The notes under the pieces are model-generated. The model saw only the letters and a list, made by a program, of their open reading frames with translations. It made no database searches and was not told the origin of the DNA. From Thermodesulfobacteriota bacterium (GTDB taxonomy: Bacteria > DASVDK01), in NCBI GenBank assembly GCA_036381125.1, contig DASVDK010000154.1, forward strand, positions 1 through 51,598: a stretch of 51,598 nt of DNA, written 5' to 3'. Positions within the stretch are counted from its first letter, which is position 1. Every line of letters begins with the position of its first letter. Positions 31,641-40,664 of the stretch are shown one piece after another. The translations under genes and the position numbers were made by a program.

Positions 31641-31705
31641 GATTCTGTCCAGCAGAATCACGTTCCGTCAGTCGCAATGCTCGCACGGCGTCACGGCCGT
31701 GTCAA
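31641..31705 (-). promoter_or_regulatory. Operator palindromes (candidate IclR sites) and TTGACA -35 of the lyase operon
   Basis: GATTCTG-N5-CAGAATC (31641-31659), imperfect GTTCCG-N5-CGCAAT (31662-31678), TTGACA on minus at 31700-31705. Confidence 0.6.
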
Positions 31706-31763
31706 CCGTCGTTTCGCAGTCGCCCCGCCCTGCCGCGCGTCCGGTGCGACCCTCCTGAGCGGC

Positions 31764-31792
31764 TTGACGGTCGTACTGGACGCCGCTAGACT
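31764..31792 (+). promoter_or_regulatory. Sigma-70 promoter of rplU-rpmA
   Basis: TTGACG-17 nt-TAGACT. Confidence 0.75.
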
Positions 31793-31908
31793 TTCGAGGT
31801 TTTTCTCTCGAGACTCTTCGGGGCATCGTCGGGCCGAGTCGCGCCTTGCCGCCTTCGGCGGCGCGCGGACAGCCGGCCCGCCCGACAGCGAGACGGAGAC
31901 GTACGGAC

Positions 31909-32223
31909 ATGTACGCGGTCATCAGGAGCGGCGGCAAGCAGTACCGGGTCGCCCAGGGCGAGGTCGTGCGCCTCGAGAAGCTTCCGGGCAACGTCGGCGA
32001 CGCCGTCACGCTCTCCGAGGTCCTCATGGTCGGCGAAGGGGACGCCGTCACGGTCGGCACCCCCACCGTGCCCGGCGCCAGCGTCTCGGCCGAGATCGTC
32101 GAGCAGGACCGCGCCAGGAAGATCCTCGTCGGCAGGAAGAAGCGCCGCAAGGGCTTCTCCAAGTTCCGCGGCCACCGACAGTACTACACCGCCGTGCGGA
32201 TCACGGCCATCCAGGGAGCGTAA
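31909..32223 (+). CDS. rplU: 50S ribosomal protein L21
   Basis: [21 protein letters not shown]. Confidence 0.98.
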   Translation: MYAVIRSGGKQYRVAQGEVVRLEKLPGNVGDAVTLSEVLMVGEGDAVTVGTPTVPGASVSAEIVEQDRARKILVGRKKRRKGFSKFRGHRQYYTAVRITAIQGA

Positions 32224-32230
32224 CCGCACC

Positions 32231-32503
32231 ATGGCTCACAAGAAGGGCGTCGGCAGCAGCCGCAACGGGCGCGACTCGATCGGCAAGCGCCTCGGCGTCA
32301 AGAAGTTCGGCGGCGAGTTCGTACAGGCCGGCAACATCATCGTCCGGCAGCGCGGCACCAGGATCCATCCGGGGCTCAACGTCGGCCTCGGTCGCGACTA
32401 CACGATCTTCGCGCTGGTCGACGGGCACGTCGCCTTCCAGCGGGCCGGCAGGGACCGCAAGAAGGTCTCCGTCATCCCGCAGGCCCCGGCCGCCGGGGCC
32501 TAG
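32231..32503 (+). CDS. rpmA: 50S ribosomal protein L27
   Basis: [24 protein letters not shown]. Confidence 0.98.
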   Translation: MAHKKGVGSSRNGRDSIGKRLGVKKFGGEFVQAGNIIVRQRGTRIHPGLNVGLGRDYTIFALVDGHVAFQRAGRDRKKVSVIPQAPAAGA

Positions 32504-32598
32504 GGCTTCGCGACGGGCGGGGTCCGGGCCGGGCGCCGGCGGCCCTCGCGGACCCCGCACCCCTCCCCCACCTCGCCCCGGTCGCTCGAGGGGCGTCC

Positions 32599-33654
32599 AT
32601 GAAGTTCGTCGACGAGGTCACCGTCACGGTCCGGTCCGGCGCGGGAGGCGCCGGGGCGGTCTCGTTCCGCCGCGAGGCCAACGCGCCGAAGGGGGGCCCG
32701 GACGGCGGCGACGGCGGCCGCGGCGGCGACGTCGTGTTCGAGGCCGACCCCGACAAGACGACGCTCCTCGACCTCCAGTACCAGCAGAGCTACAGGGCCG
32801 CCGACGGCGAACGGGGGCGCGGCGGCGAGATGGCGGGCCGCAGCGCCGAGGACCTCGTCGTCCGCGTTCCGGTCGGCACGCTGGTCCGCGACCCGGAGGA
32901 CGGCGCCGTCCTCGCCGACCTCGACGCGCCCGGCATGCGCTGGGTGGCGGCGCGCGGTGGACGCGGCGGCAAGGGCAACACCCACTTCAAGTCGGCGCGC
33001 CGGCAGGCGCCCCGCTTCGCCCAGCCGGGCGAGCCGGGCGAGGAGCGGCGGCTCCGGCTCGAGCTGCGCCTGCTCGCCGACGTGGGGCTCGTCGGCTTCC
33101 CGAACGCCGGCAAGTCGACCCTCATCTCGGCCGTCTCGGCCGCCCGGCCGAAGGTCGCCGACTACCCCTTCACGACCCTCGTGCCGCACCTCGGGGTCGT
33201 CCGCGTGGGCGACCGCACGTTCGTCGCGGCCGACATCCCCGGCCTCATCGAGGGCGCGGCCGAGGGCGCGGGGCTCGGGCTGCGCTTCCTCAAGCACGTC
33301 GAGCGCTGCCGCCTGCTCCTCCACCTGGTCGACCTCGCCGAGCCGTCCGCCGAGACCTGCCTCGCGCGGTTCGACGCGTTGAACGCCGAGCTGGCGAAGT
33401 TCGATCCGGCGCTCGCCGCCAAGCCGCAGATCGCCGTGCCGACGAAGCTCGACGTGACCGAGGCGCAGGCCAACCTCCCCGCCGTCCGGGCGGCGCTCGA
33501 GGCGCGGGGCTACGAGGTGGTCCCCATCTCCGCGGCGACGCGGCAGGGGCTCGACGCCCTGCTCGGCGCCGTGGCGCGGCGGCTCTTCGCCGCGGAGGAG
33601 GCCCGCGAAGCCCGGCGCCGCGCGTCGGGGGAGCGCGTGACGTGGCAGCCGTAA
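32599..33654 (+). CDS. obgE: GTPase Obg
   Basis: Gly-rich Obg fold; GFPNAGKS, YPFTT, DIPG. Confidence 0.97.
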   Translation: MKFVDEVTVTVRSGAGGAGAVSFRREANAPKGGPDGGDGGRGGDVVFEADPDKTTLLDLQYQQSYRAADGERGRGGEMAGRSAEDLVVRVPVGTLVRDPEDGAVLADLDAPGMRWVAARGGRGGKGNTHFKSARRQAPRFAQPGEPGEERRLRLELRLLADVGLVGFPNAGKSTLISAVSAARPKVADYPFTTLVPHLGVVRVGDRTFVAADIPGLIEGAAEGAGLGLRFLKHVERCRLLLHLVDLAEPSAETCLARFDALNAELAKFDPALAAKPQIAVPTKLDVTEAQANLPAVRAALEARGYEVVPISAATRQGLDALLGAVARRLFAAEEAREARRRASGERVTWQP

Positions 33655-34796
33655 TGGCCGCGGCGGCCGGCCGGGAGCCGGTCACCCGGGCCCGGCGCCT
33701 CGTCGTCAAGCTCGGGACGAGCGTCCTCACGGGCGGCCCGACGGCGAAGGGGGCCGGCCTCGACCTCCCCTACTTCGCCCGCCTCGCCTCGCAGGTGCAG
33801 GCGCTCGCCGCCAGCGGGCGGGAGACCGTGATCGTCTCCTCGGCCGCGATCGCCTGCGGAATGCACGTGCTCGGCCTCAAGGAGCGGCCGAGGGCGATCC
33901 CGATGAAGCAGGCCTGCGCCGCGGTCGGGCAGAGCGGCCTCATGCGCGCCTACGAGGAGGCCTTCGCGCCGCACGGCCGCCGGGTGGGGCAGATCCTCCT
34001 CGCGGCCGACGACCTCGCCTCGCGGCGCCGCTTCCTGAACGCCCGCAACACGCTGCGCGCCCTGCTCGACGCCGGCGTCGTCCCGGTCGTCAACGAGAAC
34101 GACACGGTCACGGTCGACGAGATCCGCTTCGGCGACAACGACACCCTCTCGGCGCTGGTCACCAACGTCGTCGAAGCCGACCTCCTCGTGATCCTCTCGG
34201 ACATCGACGGCCTCTACGACGCCGACCCGCGAAAGGAGCCGACGGCCCGCCTCCTCCCCGAGATCCGCGAGGTGGACGACGCCCTGCGCGCGAAGGCCGG
34301 AGGCGCCGGCGCCCTCGGCTCGGGCGGCATGGCGACCAAGCTCGAGGCGGCCCGCAAGGCCGCCCTCTTCGGCGTCCCCACGATCATCGCGAACGGGCGC
34401 ACGGACGACGTGCTCGTGCGCGTCGTCGCCGGCGAGCCGCTCGGGACCTTCTTCCGGCCGCGCGAGGAACGGCTCGCCTCGCGGAAGCACTGGATCGCCT
34501 TCGGCCTCACCCCGTCCGGCACGCTCACGCTCGACGACGGCGCCGTCGCCGCCATCGTGCGCAAGGGCAAGAGCCTTCTCCCCTCGGGCGTCATCGCGGT
34601 CTCCGGCCGCTTCGAGGCGGGCGACTCGGTCCGCCTCGTGGACGCCTCGGGCCGCGAGGTGGCGCGCGGCCTGGTCAACTACCCCGCCCACGACGTCGAG
34701 AAGATCCTCCGCGCGAAGACGACCGAGATCGAGGCCCGGCTCGGCTACAAGTCGCTCGACGAGGTGGTCCACCGGGACGACCTCGTGGTGCTCTGA
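33654..34796 (+). CDS. proB: Glutamate 5-kinase (with PUA domain)
   Basis: VVKLGTSVL, NENDTV, FGDNDTL, GGMATK; TAATG overlap with obgE. Confidence 0.96.
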   Translation: MAAAAGREPVTRARRLVVKLGTSVLTGGPTAKGAGLDLPYFARLASQVQALAASGRETVIVSSAAIACGMHVLGLKERPRAIPMKQACAAVGQSGLMRAYEEAFAPHGRRVGQILLAADDLASRRRFLNARNTLRALLDAGVVPVVNENDTVTVDEIRFGDNDTLSALVTNVVEADLLVILSDIDGLYDADPRKEPTARLLPEIREVDDALRAKAGGAGALGSGGMATKLEAARKAALFGVPTIIANGRTDDVLVRVVAGEPLGTFFRPREERLASRKHWIAFGLTPSGTLTLDDGAVAAIVRKGKSLLPSGVIAVSGRFEAGDSVRLVDASGREVARGLVNYPAHDVEKILRAKTTEIEARLGYKSLDEVVHRDDLVVL

Positions 34797-34840
34797 TCTC
34801 GGGACGAGGCGGAGACTGGTTGTCGAGGGGGCCTCGCCGC

Positions 34841-35443
34841 CTACCGCCCGCGCGGGGCGGGCAGGAGCCTCGTCAGCACCGTCGCCTGGAACTCGGTGGC
34901 GACGCAGTCCATGTAGATCTCGTCGTAGAGGTGGCTGCCGAGCCGCTTGCACTCCCGGCGCCGGCCGATCACCCGGAAGCCGGCCCGCTCGTAGGCGCGG
35001 ATCCCCCGCTCGTTGAAGGCGTAGACGCGCAGCATCACGTTGTGGAGGCCGAGCGCCACGAAGGCGTACTCGAGCACGAGTCGGGTGGCCTCCGTCCCGT
35101 ACCCCTTTCCCCACGACGCCTTCTCGCCGATGAGGATCCCGAAGTCCGCGCGCCGGTTGGCCTGGTCCACGTCGTGGAGACCGGTGAGGCCGATGGGGCG
35201 GAGTCCCGGGCGCTCGTAGATCGTGAAGACCACGTCGCGCTCGCTCGTCGCCACGCGGTCGTAGAACCGATCCTCGAACTCGCGGACGCGCGGCCGCATG
35301 CCCATGTCGGTCGACCGCGTCACCTCGAAGTCGTTGACCCACCGCTCGTAGAGCGGCAGGAGGTCGCGGCGTAGCGGCCCGAGCGCCACGCGCTCGCCCG
35401 CGATGCTGATGATCGGCGCCTCCGCGGAGGCCTGCCCGGTCAT
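34841..35443 (-). CDS. GNAT family N-acetyltransferase (RimJ/RimL-like)
   Basis: WGKGYGTEA, NERGIRAYERAGF; TGnTATGCT 7 nt before ATG 35443. Confidence 0.9.
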   Translation of the reverse strand: MTGQASAEAPIISIAGERVALGPLRRDLLPLYERWVNDFEVTRSTDMGMRPRVREFEDRFYDRVATSERDVVFTIYERPGLRPIGLTGLHDVDQANRRADFGILIGEKASWGKGYGTEATRLVLEYAFVALGLHNVMLRVYAFNERGIRAYERAGFRVIGRRRECKRLGSHLYDEIYMDCVATEFQATVLTRLLPAPRGR

Positions 35444-35552
35444 GCCTCGAAGCATACCACCTCCCCTCGCGGCCTCGGGTCCCGAACCTGCGGCGCCGGA
35501 CCGCACGCGGTCGGGCCGCGACCCAGACACCGCGGGCGGCGGCGACCGCCCG

Positions 35553-35930
35553 CTACCCGCCAGCCTCCGCCCTCACCCGCACGTACCGCGAGGGGGTCAC
35601 GCCGGTCACCCGGCGGAAGGTCCGCGCGAAGTGGCTCGGGCTCGAGAAGCCGACTCGAAGGGCGAGTTCGGCGACGGTGACGCGCTCGGTCGCGAGGATC
35701 GCGATGGCTCGCCGGACGGCGCTTCCCGTTCGCCGGCCGTAGCGCCGGGCCAGGTAGGCGGCCAGCGCGTGCGACATGGCGTCGCAGTACGTCGGGTCGA
35801 GCCGACCGTCGCACGCATGGAGGCGCGCGAACTCGGCGACGATCGACCTCACGCAGTGCCACAGCCTCGTCAACGTCGGCGTGATCGTCCCCATCCTGAA
35901 GGCCCGGAAGTCGGCCCTTTCCGTTTCCAC
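35553..35930 (-). pseudogene. Internally deleted AraC-family regulator (second HTH only)
   Basis: VAELALRVGFSSPSHFARTFRRVTGVTP joined almost directly to the pre-HTH segment ALAAYLARRY. Confidence 0.6.
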
Positions 35931-36067
35931 CCCTGCTGACCTGCAATCCGGAAGACGTCGAAGCCCGACCCTGGGGGGCCGAGGGCCGGGCGGGATTCTC
36001 GCCCGGCTCCGCCGCACGGGGCCGGCGAGGGCGGGCGCTCCCCGCGTCGCCGCCCCGTACGCACCGC

Positions 36068-36106
36068 TTGACAGGGGGGGAGGCGATTATTTAGAAGTGC
36101 TAAATA
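36068..36106 (+). promoter_or_regulatory. Promoter and palindromic operator of the MarR operon
   Basis: TTGACA 36068-36073; TATTTAG-N5-CTAAATA 36088-36106 overlapping the -10 region and the ATG. Confidence 0.7.
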
Positions 36107-36783
36107 TGAATCGCCGCTCCCCCTCAGCAGGCTCGCCCGGGGCAGTGTCCCAGCGACTCGCCGCGGGCCTCGCCAGGATCGGCGTCGCCCTGCGGGGCCA
36201 GGCCTGGACACACGGCGCCGCTCGCGGCCTCACCCCCACGCAGGCTCAGGTGCTCGCGCTCGTGCGCGCCCGCGGCCCGATCCGGCTCACCGTCGTGGCC
36301 GACGAACTGGCCGTCACCCCGGCGACCGCCAGCGCCGCGGTCGCCGCGCTGGCGCGCAAAGGGCTCGTCGAGAAGCGCCCCGCCCCCGACGACGGCCGGG
36401 CGATCGCGATCCATCTCACGCCGGCCGGACGCCGCGAGGCGCAGGCGAGCGCCGAGTGGCCGGACGCCCTGCTCGAGGCCCTGGAGGAGATGTCCCCGGC
36501 GGAGCAGGCCGTCCTGCTGCGCCTGGTCGGCACGATCATTCGGGGCCTTCAGGAGCGCGGCGCCATCCCGATCCAGCGCATGTGCGTGGGGTGCCGATAC
36601 TTCCGGCCGAACGTCCACGACGACCCCGGCGCCCCCCATCACTGCGATTACGTCGACGCCCCGTTCGGGGACCTCGACCTCAGGCTCGACTGTCGCGACT
36701 TCGAGAGCGCCGATGCACGGCTCGGCGCCGACAACTGGCAGCGTTTCGTCGCGTACGCACGTGGCAAGGAGGGCACCTCATGA
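36106..36783 (+). CDS. MarR family regulator with C-terminal Cys/His cluster
   Basis: wHTH LTPTQAQVL..DGRAIAIHLTPAG; RMCVGC..HHC..RLDC. Confidence 0.9.
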   Translation: MNRRSPSAGSPGAVSQRLAAGLARIGVALRGQAWTHGAARGLTPTQAQVLALVRARGPIRLTVVADELAVTPATASAAVAALARKGLVEKRPAPDDGRAIAIHLTPAGRREAQASAEWPDALLEALEEMSPAEQAVLLRLVGTIIRGLQERGAIPIQRMCVGCRYFRPNVHDDPGAPHHCDYVDAPFGDLDLRLDCRDFESADARLGADNWQRFVAYARGKEGTS

Positions 36784-37514
36784 CTCGCTCGCTTCGTCTC
36801 GCACCACCGGCGCTCGTCCTCGCGCTGGGGCTCGCGGCGTCGCCGGCCGTCGCACACGACATCACCGCCGAGGCCGGCAACGCCGAGCCGGCGTTCGACG
36901 TGGTCCACGCAACGGTCACGGCGGAGGATCGCTGGCTCGTCTTCCGCATGGCCGTGAGCGGGCGGGCGGGGGAGAGCAGGCCGGCTCGCACCGGGCAGCT
37001 CGCCGGCGCCCGGGTCTTCTCCTACGTCTGGCCGACGAAGCTCGACAGCGCCGCGGTAGGCTTCGACGCCGCGCAGGGCGTCCTCGCCCTCGCCGTCACG
37101 TCGCACCCCGACTTCGACGACACCCCGCTCTTCGACGAGAACGGCGACGGCAGCCGCGACAACGACGGCGACCTCTGGCACACGCACTGGGTCGTGCTCG
37201 TCCCCGACCAGGAGACGTGCAAGGGCGGCCTCAAGGTCAAGGACATCCCCCCGGGCGCCGCGCCGAAGCTCCCCGCCACGTGGCCGGGGCTTCCCATCCT
37301 GATCGACAGCCCCGGCTACTCGCCGACGCTCGCGGAGAGCCGGGTCGAGGTGCGCGTGCCGTTCCGTCGCGCGCGCGAACTCGTCGGGGTCGCGTTCGAC
37401 GGCGTGACGAGCGGGCTGCGCGTGAACGAGAGCGTCCACGCTCCGCTCCTCTGCGTCGAGCAGGTCTTCGACGTGGCGTCGGGCGACCTCGCCATGCCGG
37501 GACGGGTGAAGTAG
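36780..37514 (+). CDS. Exported hypothetical protein, probably metal-binding
   Basis: Signal peptide ..PAVA|H; HPDFDDTP, DENGDG, WHTHW; ATGA overlap with MarR; AAGGAGG RBS. Confidence 0.8.
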   Translation: MTRSLRLAPPALVLALGLAASPAVAHDITAEAGNAEPAFDVVHATVTAEDRWLVFRMAVSGRAGESRPARTGQLAGARVFSYVWPTKLDSAAVGFDAAQGVLALAVTSHPDFDDTPLFDENGDGSRDNDGDLWHTHWVVLVPDQETCKGGLKVKDIPPGAAPKLPATWPGLPILIDSPGYSPTLAESRVEVRVPFRRARELVGVAFDGVTSGLRVNESVHAPLLCVEQVFDVASGDLAMPGRVK

Positions 37515-37537
37515 CGCCGGCCCGGCGTCCGCGGCCC

Positions 37538-37633
37538 CTTGGAGCCGCGACGTATCTGACGAACGACCGCGATCTCCCGCGGATCCCGGGCCTGCGGATC
37601 CTCCAGCTCCGCGACTACCTCGGACGCGGCTGA
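37538..37633 (+). pseudogene. PIN/VapC C-terminal remnant
   Basis: [27 protein letters not shown] matches the PIN C-terminal TxD motif; no start or N-terminus. Confidence 0.55.
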
Positions 37634-37712
37634 GCCGCGCGGTCAGGCATCTCGACCGCCACCGCGTCCCGCCGCGGGCTATCATTGGGAATTCCATCCG
37701 GAGGCACCGGCC

Positions 37713-39008
37713 ATGACCACCAGGACCGCCGCCAGGGAGCCCGGGGACGACCTCCGCGCCGAGGTCCGCGCCATGGCGCGGGCCGCGCGCGAGGCGGCCC
37801 GCCGGCTTTCGGCGCTGCCGACCGCCGCCAAGAACGCGGCCCTCCTCGCGGCCGCCGACCGCCTAGAGTCCGCGGCCGGCCGGGAGGCGCTCGCGGCCGC
37901 CAACGCCGAGGACGTGGCGGCGGCGAAGGCCGCCGGGCTCGCGGCCCCGATGGTAGACCGCCTGACGCTGACCGACGCGCGGATCGCCCAGATGGCGGCC
38001 GGCCTGCGCGAGGTCGCGGCGCTGCCCGACCCGGTCGGCGAGACGGTGAAGCGATGGCGCCGGCCGACGGGGCTCGAGGTGGCGCGCGTCCGGATCCCCC
38101 TCGGCGTCATCGCCATCATCTACGAGGCGCGCCCCAACGTCACCGCCGACGCCGCGGCGCTCTGCGTGAAGGCGGGCAACGCCGCCCTGCTCAAGGGGGG
38201 CTCCGAGGCGCGGCGGTCGAACGCGGCCATCGGACGGCTCCTCGAGGAGGCCTTCGCCGGCGCGGGGGTTCCGGCCGGCGCCGTGCAGGTCATCGCCACC
38301 GCCGACCGCACGGCCACCGAGGAGCTGCTCACGCTCGACGAGGACATCGACCTCGTCATCCCCCGGGGCGGCGAGGGGCTCATCCGCTTCGTGGCCGAGC
38401 GCTCCCGCATCCCGGTCCTCAAGCACTACAAGGGGGTCTGCCACGTCTACGTGGACCGCGCGGCGAACCTCGACACGGCCGAGGCGATCGTGGTGAACGC
38501 CAAGGCGCAGCGCCCCTCGACCTGCAACGCGATGGAGACGCTCCTCGTGCACGCCGAGATCGCGCCGAGGGCCGTTCCCCGCCTCGCGGCCGCGCTCCGT
38601 GCGAAGGGGGTGCGGCTCAAGGGCGACGCGCGCGCGGCCTCGCTCGCGCCCGGCATCGAGCGGGCGACCGAGGCCGACTTCGGCGAGGAGTACCTCGACC
38701 TCGTGGCCAACGTCGCGGTGGTCGACGGTCTCGATGCCGCCATGGCCCACATCGCCCGCTACGGCTCGAACCACACCGAGTCGATCGTCACGGAGGACGC
38801 CGCGGCGGCCGAGCGCTTCCTGCGGGAGGTCCAGTCGTCCACCGTGCTCCACAACGCGTCGACCCGCCTCGCCGACGGCTTCGAGCTGGGGCTCGGCGCC
38901 GAGATCGGCATCAGCACGAGCAAGCTGCACGCGTTCGGTCCCATGGGGCTCGAGGAGCTCACGACGACCAAGTTCGTCGTCCGGGGCCAGGGGCAGCTCC
39001 GAGGGTGA
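37713..39008 (+). CDS. proA: Gamma-glutamyl phosphate reductase
   Basis: [42 protein letters not shown]. Confidence 0.97.
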   Translation: MTTRTAAREPGDDLRAEVRAMARAAREAARRLSALPTAAKNAALLAAADRLESAAGREALAAANAEDVAAAKAAGLAAPMVDRLTLTDARIAQMAAGLREVAALPDPVGETVKRWRRPTGLEVARVRIPLGVIAIIYEARPNVTADAAALCVKAGNAALLKGGSEARRSNAAIGRLLEEAFAGAGVPAGAVQVIATADRTATEELLTLDEDIDLVIPRGGEGLIRFVAERSRIPVLKHYKGVCHVYVDRAANLDTAEAIVVNAKAQRPSTCNAMETLLVHAEIAPRAVPRLAAALRAKGVRLKGDARAASLAPGIERATEADFGEEYLDLVANVAVVDGLDAAMAHIARYGSNHTESIVTEDAAAAERFLREVQSSTVLHNASTRLADGFELGLGAEIGISTSKLHAFGPMGLEELTTTKFVVRGQGQLRG

Positions 39009-39676
39009 GCGGCGAGCCGCCCAGGTTCGGATTCCTCGGGGGCACCTTCGACCCGATCCACCTCGGCCACCTCCGGGCCGCCCTGGAGGTGGCCGAGGCG
39101 CTCGACCTCCCGGAGATCCGGTTCGTCCCCGCCCGGGTGCCGCCGCACAAGCTCGGCGAGCCGGTCACCCCCGCCGAGCACCGCGTGCGCATGCTCCAGG
39201 CGGCGATCCGGGGCGAGCGCCGCTTCCGGGTCGACCTGCGCGAACTCGACCGACCGGGCCCTTCCTATACCCTCGATACGGTCCGCAGCTACCTTGCCGA
39301 AGGGCTCAGGCCGACCTTCGTCATGGGCCTCGACTCGTACCTGTCCATCGCCACCTGGTACGAGTACGAGGCGCTGCTGGCGGCCTGCGACCACGCTGTC
39401 ATGACGCGGCCCGGGTACGTTCCGCAGCCGCTCGAGAACACCGTCCCGCTTGCCGCAGCCAGGCGCTTCTGGTACGATCCCGCCATTTCGGGGTATCGCC
39501 ACGAGAGCGGCGTCACGCTCAGGTTCGTGTCCGTGACGCCGATGGAGATCTCGTCGACGCAGATCCGGGAGACGGTGCAGGCAGGCCGCTCGCCAGCGTT
39601 CCTGGTCCCCCGGGCGGTCGAGCGGTACATCCGGAGTCAGGGACTCTACAGGGGAGGTCCCGCGAGGTTCGATTGA
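39005..39676 (+). CDS. nadD: Nicotinate-nucleotide adenylyltransferase
   Basis: [22 protein letters not shown]. Confidence 0.95.
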   Translation: MSGEPPRFGFLGGTFDPIHLGHLRAALEVAEALDLPEIRFVPARVPPHKLGEPVTPAEHRVRMLQAAIRGERRFRVDLRELDRPGPSYTLDTVRSYLAEGLRPTFVMGLDSYLSIATWYEYEALLAACDHAVMTRPGYVPQPLENTVPLAAARRFWYDPAISGYRHESGVTLRFVSVTPMEISSTQIRETVQAGRSPAFLVPRAVERYIRSQGLYRGGPARFD

Positions 39677-40065
39677 CCGATACGCTAGCCAGGGTCATCC
39701 GCGCGGCCGAGATCGCCTTCGACAAGAAGGCCGAGGGCCTCGCGGTCCTCGATGTCCGCGCCCTCACGTCCTACACCGACTACTTCCTCATCTGCCACGG
39801 TCGGTCCGACCGCCAGGTCCAGACGATCGCCGAGGCCATCCAGACGACCCTCAAGGCGGAGGGCGTTCGCCCGCTGGCCGTCGAAGGTGCGGATGCGGGA
39901 CAGTGGGTGCTCATGGACTACGACAGCTTCGTGGTCCACGTGTTCTACGAGCCGGTCCGGGCGTACTACGACCTCGATGCGCTCTGGGCGGACGCCGAGC
40001 GCGTTCCGCTGCCCGCCCACCTGCAGTCCGCAGCCGACTACGGACGGGGCGCCCGGTTCGCCTAG
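39673..40065 (+). CDS. rsfS: Ribosome silencing factor
   Basis: DKKA..DYFLICHG..WVLMDY..VHVF..RAYYDLDALW; TTG start. Confidence 0.95.
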   Translation: MTDTLARVIRAAEIAFDKKAEGLAVLDVRALTSYTDYFLICHGRSDRQVQTIAEAIQTTLKAEGVRPLAVEGADAGQWVLMDYDSFVVHVFYEPVRAYYDLDALWADAERVPLPAHLQSAADYGRGARFA

Positions 40066-40179
40066 CCGCCGGCCGGGCGGCGCCGGCCGCACCGACCGCC
40101 GCGTGACGGCCCGGGCGGCGGCGAGGGGCCGGCCGGCGCTCGGCTGCTCCGACGCGGAGCGCCGGCCGGGCGCCGACTC

Positions 40180-40650
40180 GTGAGGATCACGGTCCTCTGG
40201 GTCGGCAAGACCCGGTCGGCCTTCCTGGCCGAGGGCATCGAGCACTACGCGCGACAGGCCGGCCGCTACGGGCCGGTCGAGACCCGCGCCGTCAAGGAGA
40301 GCCCGATCACCGCCAGGGCCGACCCCCGACGCATCCTGGCCGACGAGGGGGCGCGCCTGCTGGCCGCGCTGCCGGCCGGGGCGCACCTCGTGGCGCTCGA
40401 TCCGGGCGGCCAGGCCCTTGACTCCACCGGGCTGGCCGCGTATATCGGACGGCGGCGGGACGAGGGCGTGAAGGAGCTGGCCTTCGTCATCGGTGGGCCG
40501 CTGGGACTCGCCGACGCGGTCAGGAAGCGGGCCCACCTGGTCCTGTCCCTGTCGGCGATGACGTTGACGCACGAGATGGCCCGGCTCGTCCTCCTCGAGC
40601 AGATCTACCGGGCCGAGACGATCCTCCGCGGCGAGCCGTACCACAAGTAA
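40180..40650 (+). CDS. rlmH: 23S rRNA pseudouridine-1915 N3-methyltransferase
   Basis: FVIGGPLG, EQIYRA..GEPYHK. Confidence 0.95.
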   Translation: MRITVLWVGKTRSAFLAEGIEHYARQAGRYGPVETRAVKESPITARADPRRILADEGARLLAALPAGAHLVALDPGGQALDSTGLAAYIGRRRDEGVKELAFVIGGPLGLADAVRKRAHLVLSLSAMTLTHEMARLVLLEQIYRAETILRGEPYHK

Positions 40651-40664
40651 CCAGGGAGCCCGGC

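Noticed and set aside
31677-33653. Long N-terminal extension of ProB (1039-aa ORF), and similar extensions on nadD, rsfS, hsp20, hutU and the dehydrogenase
   Set aside because: Overlap real genes in other frames; true starts have an RBS or stop-start coupling
36088-36106. CIRCE/HrcA element (AGTGCTAA)
   Set aside because: Only one partial half-site and wrong spacing; better explained as a MarR operator
40066-40179. GC-rich hairpins between rsfS and rlmH as an ncRNA
   Set aside because: Extreme GC makes stems expected; no recognisable motif or U tract
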